NCBI RefSeq assembly: GCF_046119375.1
Contig: NW_027362764.1
Location: 428,668,001 to 428,732,000, forward strand
Reading direction: 5' to 3'
DNA from: Phyllobates terribilis
Taxonomy: Eukaryota
DNA length: 64,000 bases
Part shown: positions 25,752-35,954 of the stretch, piece by piece
Layout: each line of letters opens with the position of its first letter
Position numbering within the stretch: the first letter of the stretch is position 1
Notes under the pieces: model-generated
The model's input: the letters and a program-made list of their open reading frames with translations, nothing else
What the model was told of the DNA's origin: nothing
Database searches by the model: none
Made by a program: the position numbers and the translations under genes

Positions 25752-27160
25752 GTACCTCCCCCCTTACGCCCCCTCTTCTTCAGGCCTGCCAGAATCTTCC
25801 GCAGGGAATTCGAGGACCAGTCGTTCACTGGGTTGGAGGGGGACAGAGACTTGAGGGTAATCTCTGCTTCGAGGTACATCTTGTCAAGCTCACAGGAAAA
25901 AATAGACGGGTTATCAGGTACATAATGAGGAAAAGTCACTGTCTCTTTGTTATCTGGTGGTATCCCGGAGGATTCAGGAAACAACTGGAGGTCCTCCGCC
26001 GGGTCAGAAGAGTACAGAGGCTCAGAGAAAACATCTGCTTCAGAGTACACTAGGTCGGACTCACTGGAGGAAGCCGGCGAGGTATCAGGTACAGGAAATA
26101 GGAAAGTCTCTGTCCATTCACCACCAGGTGGCACCCCGAAGGGTTCTAAACACAACTGGAGGTCCTCCGCCTGGTCGGAGGGGTGTAGAGACTCGGGAGT
26201 AACTTCTGCTTCGGAGAACACTAGGTCGGACTCACTGGAGGAAGCAGGCGAGGTATCAGGTACAGGAAATAGGAAAGTCTCTGTCCATTCACCACCAGGT
26301 GGCACCCCGAAGGGTTCTAAACACAACTGGAGGTCCTCCGCCTGGTCGGAGGGGTGTAGAGACTCGGGAGTAACTTCTGCTTCGGAGAACACTAGGTCGG
26401 ACTCACTGGAGGAAGCAGGCGAGGTATCGGGTACCGAGTATAGGAAAGTCTCTGTCCATTCACCACCAGGTGGCACCCCGAAGGGTTCTGAACACAACTG
26501 GAGGTCCTCCGCCTGGTCGGAGGGGTGTAGAGACTCGGGAGTAACCTCTGCTTCGGAGTACACTAGGTTGGACTCACTGGACGAAGCGAGCGAGGTATCA
26601 GGTACAGAGTATAGGAGAGTCTCTGTCCTTTCGTTACCAGGTAGCACCCCGAAGGGTTCAGGAGGTCTCAGGGAGGACAGACCCAGGCGTGACTGCTTGC
26701 CTCTAAGTCTAGCACGTCTGGACTGCCTCTTGAGGTTGGGAGAAGTATTCCGGAAAGCGTAGTCACCCTGTGAGGATTCTGGGCGGGCAGTAGTCTCATT
26801 GGGCTGGAGAACTATTACGCTACCCACACACATTACCCATTGGGGCTGCTCCGGGATATTGGGAAGTGAAGCTTCAGCAGGAGCCTCCGGGTTAGGATCA
26901 TCGAAGACCATTAGAAAGGCCACCAGGAAGGCCATTAGGTCCCGGAGGATCGGATCCTGTGTCTCATATAGGGGGTTGATCCATTCCAAGGCATCCCCCG
27001 CCAGGTAAGACATCATAAAGGCCACTTTAGCCCAATCGGAAGGAAAATAAAGAGGGTAGGCCTTAAAGTGTAGCATGCATTGCTCCACAAATGCACGACA
27101 CTGTCTTGGATCCCCATAGTAACGTGGCGGATCCGCAGGAACGAGAGCTGATAGATCCAT
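25523..27160 (-). CDS. Gag N-terminal domain fused to a 57-aa acidic tandem repeat (copy 1), 545 aa
   Basis: The N-terminal ~90 aa (PPRYYGDPRQCRAFVEQCMLHF...AKVAFMMSYLAGDALEWINPL...FDDP) align by eye with the window's own gag (PPRFGGHPSQARGFINQCTLHF...AKVAFIMSHLTGEALAGLNPL). About 5 repeat units follow, with no PR/RT/IN. Expression is unknown. Confidence 0.75.
   Translation of the reverse strand: MDLSALVPADPPRYYGDPRQCRAFVEQCMLHFKAYPLYFPSDWAKVAFMMSYLAGDALEWINPLYETQDPILRDLMAFLVAFLMVFDDPNPEAPAEASLPNIPEQPQWVMCVGSVIVLQPNETTARPESSQGDYAFRNTSPNLKRQSRRARLRGKQSRLGLSSLRPPEPFGVLPGNERTETLLYSVPDTSLASSSESNLVYSEAEVTPESLHPSDQAEDLQLCSEPFGVPPGGEWTETFLYSVPDTSPASSSESDLVFSEAEVTPESLHPSDQAEDLQLCLEPFGVPPGGEWTETFLFPVPDTSPASSSESDLVFSEAEVTPESLHPSDQAEDLQLCLEPFGVPPGGEWTETFLFPVPDTSPASSSESDLVYSEADVFSEPLYSSDPAEDLQLFPESSGIPPDNKETVTFPHYVPDNPSIFSCELDKMYLEAEITLKSLSPSNPVNDWSSNSLRKILAGLKKRGRKGGGTVTYLAASLHSGPSPTVQERALDLLSRMSLWLPSMLSVCVCLCCLRAAPDHFLSFVPAVGHTPCASSAYCCLSLGI
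25947..26660 (-). repeat. 171-bp coding tandem repeat (~4.5-5 units); second copy at 29098-29811
   Basis: TCGGAGAACA recurs at 26211 and 26382 (171 bp). Unit: EPFGVPPGGEWTETFLYSVPDTSPASSSESDLVFSEAEVTPESLHPSDQAEDLQLCL. Confidence 0.95.
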
Positions 27161-27300
27161 CTGGACGGTGCGTAATTCGCCTGGAACTCAGCTAAGGGAA
27201 AAAAAATTTATTTATTTATTTTAATGCATATATTCGCTGGAAAAAACTTCTCAAAGAGTGAAGGCCGTGGGGCTCAACGGGAACCATGGCCTGAGCATGC

Positions 27301-28902
27301 TGTTATGCACACGCCCGGGCTAAGCGGCGTGTGCGTGTGATTGGTAGTGATTCCACTGGACCGTGCCGGAGAGTGTATGCCTGGAGGGGCGTGACTAAGT
27401 ATTCACCCGATCCGACCAGGGTCGCACGACGGCATACGACGCCAGTGCACCAAGGAGGAACCGAGCAGAGGGACCAGGTGCTACTCCAGGACAGACCCCG
27501 GACACGGCTGTTGACCCACACAGGGGAATACAGGAACAGGCTGGTAGGCTGGCACACAGACTGGAGGGTATAGGCAGGCACGACTGGAATGCAGGCAGGC
27601 GGGTATGCAGGCAGGGGGGTAAAGGCAAGCACAGCTAGAGTGCAGACGGGGAGGCACTAGCAGGTAGGAACACAGGCGGGATAGAACCCAGTACACACCG
27701 GGACTCAGGAACAATACAGGCAGGATAGGGCCCAGTACACACTGGGACTCAGGAACAATACAGGCAGGATAGGGTACAGGCAGGGCAGGACAGGACTGCC
27801 GGAGCAGCGGGCAGAAGCAGGGCAGGACAGGACTGCAGGAGCAGCGGGCAGAAGCAGGGCAGGACAGGACTCTGTTCACACGGAACAGACAGGAAGGGAA
27901 AGACAGAGCCAGACACCCACAGGGTACTTGCAGTGAAGTAGCGAGTGGACCACAAACTCACAAACGGGAGTACAGAGACAACAGGCAGGAGTTAGGTACG
28001 AGTTCAGACTCTGCAGAAAAAGGAAGGGAACGGACATAGAGGAAAAACAGGTAAAGGATAGGAGAGAGTTCAGACTGGAACTGAGTGTACAGAGGAGACC
28101 GACACTGCAGCGGAATACAGGAGCGGGTCTGGGAATACTGCCCCCAGAGAGGCGGAACGAACAGGCAAGGAGCGTGTTCAGACAGGACAGACAAGATACA
28201 GGAGCGGGTCTAGGTAATCGGCCCCTAGAAGGCGGGAGGAACAGGCTAGGAGCGTGTTCAGACAGGACAGACAAGATACACAGAAAGGACTCAGTTCTGA
28301 CACGGGAACTAATACCGCAAAGCAGGAGACATACAGGACACAGTTCAGACACGGGAGCTGACACCGCAAGGCAGGAGAAATACAGGACTTAGTTCAGACA
28401 CGGGAACTAATACCGAAAAGCAGGAGACATACAGGACACAGTTCAGACACGGGAGCTGACACCGCAAGGCAGGAGAAATACAGGACTTAGTTCAGACACG
28501 GGAACTAATACCGTAAAGCAGGAGACATACAGGACACAGTTCAGACAGGCCTGGAAATACAGCCTCCAGGAAAGGCGGACAGGGAAACAGGAACGGACCT
28601 GGCACCTTCAGAGTGCAAGCACACACTGAAAGAAACACTTATGCTCAGGCAGGGATAGAAGGGAGCTGCTGAGCTATATACCAAGTGACAGACAGCAATA
28701 GGCTGAGGACGCACAAGGGGTGTGACCCACAGCAGGTACAAAAGACAGGAAGTGATCGGGCGCCGCCCTTAAGCAGCAGAGACAGACACAAACAGACAGC
28801 ATGGAGGGAAGCCAGAGAGACATTCTGGACAGGAGATCAAGTGCGCGCTCCTGCACAGTGGGAGATGGACCACTATGCAAGGACGCCGCCAGGTATGTTA
28901 CA
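27301..28902 (-). repeat. LTR copy 2 (shared middle LTR)
   Basis: Matches copy 1 at an offset of 3151; all ORF-track translations are identical. Confidence 0.95.
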
Positions 28903-30311
28903 GTACCTCCCCCCTTACGCCCCCTCTTCTTCAGGCCTGCCAGAATCTTCCGCAGGGAATTCGAGGACCAGTCGTTCACTGGGTTGGAGGGGGACAGAGA
29001 CTTGAGGGTAATCTCTGCTTCGAGGTACATCTTGTCAAGCTCACAGGAAAAAATAGACGGGTTATCAGGTACATAATGAGGAAAAGTCACTGTCTCTTTG
29101 TTATCTGGTGGTATCCCGGAGGATTCAGGAAACAACTGGAGGTCCTCCGCCGGGTCAGAAGAGTACAGAGGCTCAGAGAAAACATCTGCTTCAGAGTACA
29201 CTAGGTCGGACTCACTGGAGGAAGCCGGCGAGGTATCAGGTACAGGAAATAGGAAAGTCTCTGTCCATTCACCACCAGGTGGCACCCCGAAGGGTTCTAA
29301 ACACAACTGGAGGTCCTCCGCCTGGTCGGAGGGGTGTAGAGACTCGGGAGTAACTTCTGCTTCGGAGAACACTAGGTCGGACTCACTGGAGGAAGCAGGC
29401 GAGGTATCAGGTACAGGAAATAGGAAAGTCTCTGTCCATTCACCACCAGGTGGCACCCCGAAGGGTTCTAAACACAACTGGAGGTCCTCCGCCTGGTCGG
29501 AGGGGTGTAGAGACTCGGGAGTAACTTCTGCTTCGGAGAACACTAGGTCGGACTCACTGGAGGAAGCAGGCGAGGTATCGGGTACCGAGTATAGGAAAGT
29601 CTCTGTCCATTCACCACCAGGTGGCACCCCGAAGGGTTCTGAACACAACTGGAGGTCCTCCGCCTGGTCGGAGGGGTGTAGAGACTCGGGAGTAACCTCT
29701 GCTTCGGAGTACACTAGGTTGGACTCACTGGACGAAGCGAGCGAGGTATCAGGTACAGAGTATAGGAGAGTCTCTGTCCTTTCGTTACCAGGTAGCACCC
29801 CGAAGGGTTCAGGAGGTCTCAGGGAGGACAGACCCAGGCGTGACTGCTTGCCTCTAAGTCTAGCACGTCTGGACTGCCTCTTGAGGTTGGGAGAAGTATT
29901 CCGGAAAGCGTAGTCACCCTGTGAGGATTCTGGGCGGGCAGTAGTCTCATTGGGCTGGAGAACTATTACGCTACCCACACACATTACCCATTGGGGCTGC
30001 TCCGGGATATTGGGAAGTGAAGCTTCAGCAGGAGCCTCCGGGTTAGGATCATCGAAGACCATTAGAAAGGCCACCAGGAAGGCCATTAGGTCCCGGAGGA
30101 TCGGATCCTGTGTCTCATATAGGGGGTTGATCCATTCCAAGGCATCCCCCGCCAGGTAAGACATCATAAAGGCCACTTTAGCCCAATCGGAAGGAAAATA
30201 AAGAGGGTAGGCCTTAAAGTGTAGCATGCATTGCTCCACAAATGCACGACACTGTCTTGGATCCCCATAGTAACGTGGCGGATCCGCAGGAACGAGAGCT
30301 GATAGATCCAT
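28674..30311 (-). CDS. Gag N-terminal domain fused to a 57-aa acidic tandem repeat (copy 2), 545 aa
   Basis: Translation is identical to 25523-27160. Confidence 0.75.
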   Translation of the reverse strand: MDLSALVPADPPRYYGDPRQCRAFVEQCMLHFKAYPLYFPSDWAKVAFMMSYLAGDALEWINPLYETQDPILRDLMAFLVAFLMVFDDPNPEAPAEASLPNIPEQPQWVMCVGSVIVLQPNETTARPESSQGDYAFRNTSPNLKRQSRRARLRGKQSRLGLSSLRPPEPFGVLPGNERTETLLYSVPDTSLASSSESNLVYSEAEVTPESLHPSDQAEDLQLCSEPFGVPPGGEWTETFLYSVPDTSPASSSESDLVFSEAEVTPESLHPSDQAEDLQLCLEPFGVPPGGEWTETFLFPVPDTSPASSSESDLVFSEAEVTPESLHPSDQAEDLQLCLEPFGVPPGGEWTETFLFPVPDTSPASSSESDLVYSEADVFSEPLYSSDPAEDLQLFPESSGIPPDNKETVTFPHYVPDNPSIFSCELDKMYLEAEITLKSLSPSNPVNDWSSNSLRKILAGLKKRGRKGGGTVTYLAASLHSGPSPTVQERALDLLSRMSLWLPSMLSVCVCLCCLRAAPDHFLSFVPAVGHTPCASSAYCCLSLGI

Positions 30312-30439
30312 CTGGACGGTGCGTAATTCGCCTGGAACTCAGCTAAGGGAAAAAAAATTTATTTATTTATTTTAATGCATATATTCGCTGGAAAAAACTT
30401 CTCAAAGAGTGAAGGCCGTGGGGCTCAACGGGAACCATG

Positions 30440-30449
30440 GCCTGAGCAT
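30440..30449 (-). promoter_or_regulatory. Self-priming PBS ATGCTCAGGC (second copy 27289-27298)
   Basis: 2 nt downstream of the LTR; perfectly complementary to GCCTGAGCAT (31801-31792), which starts 30 nt after the TATA box. Confidence 0.8.
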
Positions 30450-30451
30450 GC

Positions 30452-32053
30452 TGTTATGCACACGCCCGGGCTAAGCGGCGTGTGCGTGTGATTGGTAGTG
30501 ATTCCACTGGACCGTGCCGGAGAGTGTATGCCTGGAGGGGCGTGACTAAGTATTCACCCGATCCGACCAGGGTCGCACGACGGCATACGACGCCAGTGCA
30601 CCAAGGAGGAACCGAGCAGAGGGACCAGGTGCTACTCCAGGACAGACCCCGGACACGGCTGTTGACCCACACAGGGGAATACAGGAACAGGCTGGTAGGC
30701 TGGCACACAGACTGGAGGGTATAGGCAGGCACGACTGGAATGCAGGCAGGCGGGTATGCAGGCAGGGGGGTAAAGGCAAGCACAGCTAGAGTGCAGACGG
30801 GGAGGCACTAGCAGGTAGGAACACAGGCGGGATAGAACCCAGTACACACCGGGACTCAGGAACAATACAGGCAGGATAGGGCCCAGTACACACTGGGACT
30901 CAGGAACAATACAGGCAGGATAGGGTACAGGCAGGGCAGGACAGGACTGCCGGAGCAGCGGGCAGAAGCAGGGCAGGACAGGACTGCAGGAGCAGCGGGC
31001 AGAAGCAGGGCAGGACAGGACTCTGTTCACACGGAACAGACAGGAAGGGAAAGACAGAGCCAGACACCCACAGGGTACTTGCAGTGAAGTAGCGAGTGGA
31101 CCACAAACTCACAAACGGGAGTACAGAGACAACAGGCAGGAGTTAGGTACGAGTTCAGACTCTGCAGAAAAAGGAAGGGAACGGACATAGAGGAAAAACA
31201 GGTAAAGGATAGGAGAGAGTTCAGACTGGAACTGAGTGTACAGAGGAGACCGACACTGCAGCGGAATACAGGAGCGGGTCTGGGAATACTGCCCCCAGAG
31301 AGGCGGAACGAACAGGCAAGGAGCGTGTTCAGACAGGACAGACAAGATACAGGAGCGGGTCTAGGTAATCGGCCCCTAGAAGGCGGGAGGAACAGGCTAG
31401 GAGCGTGTTCAGACAGGACAGACAAGATACACAGAAAGGACTCAGTTCTGACACGGGAACTAATACCGCAAAGCAGGAGACATACAGGACACAGTTCAGA
31501 CACGGGAGCTGACACCGCAAGGCAGGAGAAATACAGGACTTAGTTCAGACACGGGAACTAATACCGAAAAGCAGGAGACATATAGGACACAGTTCAGACA
31601 CGGGAGCTGACACCGCAAGGCAGGAGAAATACAGGACTTAGTTCAGACACGGGAACTAATACCGTAAAGCAGGAGACATACAGGACACAGTTCAGACAGG
31701 CCTGGAAATACAGCCTCCAGGAAAGGCGGACAGGGAAACAGGAACGGACCTGGCACCTTCAGAGTGCAAGCACACACTGAAAGAAACACTTATGCTCAGG
31801 CAGGGATAGAAGGGAGCTGCTGAGCTATATACCAAGTGACAGACAGCAATAGGCTGAGGACGCACAAGGGGTGTGACCCACAGCAGGTACAAAAGACAGG
31901 AAGTGATCGGGCGCCGCCCTTAAGCAGCAGAGACAGACACAAACAGACAGCATGGAGGGAAGCCAGAGAGACATTCTGGACAGGAGATCAAGTGCGCGCT
32001 CCTGCACAGTGGGAGATGGACCACTATGCAAGGACGCCGCCAGGTATGTTACA
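30452..32053 (-). repeat. LTR copy 3 (5' LTR)
   Basis: 1602 bp; TATATA at 31826-31831 (minus). One visible difference from copy 1 (T31583 vs C25281). Confidence 0.95.
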
Positions 32054-32315
32054 CCTAGTTACGCCCCTCTGGTCCCTCCTTGCACCGCAGCACAGAGTTT
32101 CCACCACCCGGATCCGTAACAATAAGTATTGAGACCCTTTGCTCAGACACTCATATTTAAGTCACATGCTGTCCATTTCCTTGTGATCCTCCTTGAGATG
32201 GTTCTACTCCTTCATTGGAGTCCAGCTGTGTTTAATTAAATTGATAGAACTTGATTTGGAAAGGCACACACATGTCTATTTAAGACCTCACAGCTCACAG
32301 TGCATGTCAGACCAA

Positions 32316-33342
<1,027 letters not shown>

Positions 33343-34803
33343 GCAAAGGGTCGGAAGACTTATGACTATGTGACATTTCAGTTTTTCTTTTTTAATAAAT
33401 TTGCAAAAATTTCTACATTTCTGTTTTTTTCAGTCAAGATGGGGTGCAGAGTGTACATTAAAGAATAAAAAAATGAACTTTTTTGAATTTACCAAATGGC
33501 TGCAATGAAACAAAGAGTGAAAAATTTAAAGGGGTCTGAACACTTTCCATACCCACTTTATACAGTTTTGCGTAATATTTGTTGAATAAGTGACATTTAT
33601 TTAATATGCACATGAAGACACCTCTGTGCACCCTTGGCATGGCCTAATCCTTGGTGCTCCTGTGGGTCAAGTTGCCACAGATGTACTGCATCTCACCCAG
33701 AGGTGTGGTACCCCACTCTCAGGTAAGGACGGAGTACTACCCGGGACCCACACACCCACATCCAACACTACACCACTCCAGACTAGAAGGAGTGGCAAGA
33801 TGCACTTATCCACTGCTGAGCCCTGTCCCTGGCTGGAAGGGGGAGAACCAAGAGAGGGGGAACCATGTAGTGGGTGTGGGTGGAGGAAGTAGCTCAGTGG
33901 AGCACAGACAGAAAGGATGTAAAAGAGAGATAGAAACATCTAGAAGGGTCCAGTCCTGCTCAGGAGAGCAGTGCAGAGGGGTCCATGCTTCTGGCTCCAG
34001 TACTTGGAGCAGGAGTTTAGTGGAGAGAGAGGAGTCGGGCCTAGAAAAAGAGGCCCAGGAGGAGAGTGAGAGAAGACGGGAGCAGAGAGAAAGGCTCCAG
34101 AGACAGAAAGGATCCCAGGGGCACGGTGAGTGCAGGAAGCCACCCGTGCACCGAATTTCACACTGACGTGGAGCGATCAGACCACAGAAGGGGACCGGCC
34201 CCAGACTAGTGGAAAACAACCAGGCTCAGCTAGCCAACCGGAGGCTGCTTCATTTTCAAGATGTTGCAGCCAACATCCACAATTACATTTCTGAAAAGGT
34301 GGCAACATAGGGTCCAGGGGACTGCACGTCGCCCGACAAGGCACAAGGTCACTGGCTTGGGACACTGATTGTGAGGCGCAGGGCAGGAGGGTGAGAGCCA
34401 GCACAATGAGACGACTGTGAGTAAAACCTGAAGACTGCATCTCACTGTGTCTTTGAATAATTGCTGCACCATCACCAGCCCTGCACTACACTGCACCAAC
34501 AACATCTACCTCATAAAATCTCTATATCCTGCCCTGGAGCTTAGCTCTGCCTTTGGAGAGCTGAACCAACTCTGCTGTGTCACCATCAACTCCAGTGGAT
34601 CTGCACCACAGCGGCAGGACCATATAGCCGCATACCACAGGTGGCATCACGAACATTATCTCTAAAAACATTATTCCCCTTTTACTTTTCCTTTAATTAT
34701 TTGACCGCCCGGGGTCACGGACCGGGTCACTGCCACTGTGACATCCCCAGCACCGACTGGCCTGGCTACCAAGTACCCCACGGCCCCAGGGGGTGCGTCA
34801 ACT

Positions 34804-34821
34804 TGGCATCACGAACAGGAT
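34804..34821 (+). promoter_or_regulatory. PBS complementary to the tRNA-Ser(CGA) 3' end
   Basis: TGGCATCACGAACAGGAT matches 17/18 to TGGCGTCACGAACAGGAT, the reverse complement of the vertebrate tRNA-Ser-CGA 3' end (tRNA sequence from memory). Confidence 0.7.
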
Positions 34822-35079
34822 GAACAGACCCGTTGCAACGGGTTCTGTGCGCCACAAAGACTGTGGATAACTGTATAAACCGCAGCCATTACTGTAGCAC
34901 ATACGAAGTAAATGATATGTGGGGTGTCCCATCGTGGGCGGAGCCTCAGAAACAGTGCCAATATAGGCCCCTCCCACTTGCATAGACTGTGCCAGAGTTG
35001 TCTGTCACTCAGGCTGCAATTTGCCAGCCTTCCCTTTGAATCAGACTGAGGGGGGTGATTGTCGCCTCCCACTTGCAGA

Positions 35080-35330
35080 GGGCTGTGTGATCCCATCTAT
35101 CCATCTTCTGCAGCCCTGTGCTGTGTGATCCCATCTATCCATCTGCTGCAGCCCTATGCTGTGTGATACCATCTATCCATCTGCTGCAGCCCTGTGCTGT
35201 GTAATCCCATCCATCCATCTGCTGCAGCCCTGTGCTGTGTGATCCCATCTATTAATCTCCTGCAGCCCTGTGCTGTGTGATCCCATCAATCCATCTGCTG
35301 CAGCCCTGTGCTGTGTAATCAATCCACTCA
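35080..35330. repeat. ~33-bp minisatellite inside the LTR element
   Basis: Tandem GCAGCCCTGTGCTGTGTGATCCCATCTATCCATCTGCT-like units. Confidence 0.85.
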
Positions 35331-35954
35331 TCCGACGATCCCAGCTGCTGCAGCTCTGTGAATACAACACAAGTGTGAGAAGCTGTGCAGCAAGAGTGCA
35401 GCTGTACAGTGACCAGCAGAGCAGTCTCGGTGACCTGCTGTGCAAGGAGCAACGACATAAGCATCCGGAGCAGTGAGTCCTACCCCGGAAAGGGTGAACT
35501 AGGGGGGAAGAAAGATGCCCACCTTAGGAGAAGCTCCAACAGTGGGTGCTACCACAGCCCCCATAATGCCACTGTCTATGCCATGCAACCCATGATCGGC
35601 CTGGTTACCACAATACTATGGAGAGAGGGGGTGGTACGCGTTTGATGTGCAGAAAGCGAGCGCGGAGGACATGCCCATGACTTCTGGTGTCGCTGACCCT
35701 GGCCACCCACAAGCTGCTTCTGCTCCGTCTGCAGTTAAGTACCCCGGAGACAGAGTCACCTACACCTGTCACCATGGAGAATGGGGGTGGTACACCTTAA
35801 ATGTCAGGAGGGTGGAAGTGGAGGAGAACGCACCCCTGCCATCGGAGGCTGATGACCCGGCTGGGCCATCCAGTGGTGCACAAATGTTTCCCCAGAGGGA
35901 GCACCACCAGTGAACTGAACTAAGTAACTATCAGAAAAAAAAAATGTGTATATA

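Larger units (their letters stand above)
24150..32053 (-). mobile_element. Non-autonomous sushi-type LTR retrotransposon in tandem array: LTR-int-LTR-int-LTR
   Basis: TG...CA ends with a 5-bp TSD CCTAG (24145-24149 / 32054-32058). Period is 3151 bp, made of three 1602-bp LTRs and two 1549-bp internal regions. PPT AAGGGGGAGGTAC abuts the LTR on the minus strand. Confidence 0.95.
23350..32121 (+). mobile_element. Solo LTR of a sushi-group Gypsy family (parts 23350-24149 and 32059-32121), itself interrupted
   Basis: TGTAGC...CCGTAACA ends with a 5-bp TSD ATAAG (23345-23349 / 32122-32126). Its 5' part is similar to the LTR at 51573 read on the minus strand. TATAAAA at 23568. Confidence 0.85.

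Noticed and set aside
25947-26762. 271-aa plus-strand ORF (also 29098-29913)
   Set aside because: Antisense to the Gag-fusion ORF across the repeat, with no recognisable domain; treated as a shadow ORF.
24150-32053. Regularly spaced repeats as a CRISPR array or prokaryotic system
   Set aside because: The repeats are LTRs and minisatellites without unique spacers, there are no cas genes, and the context is eukaryotic.
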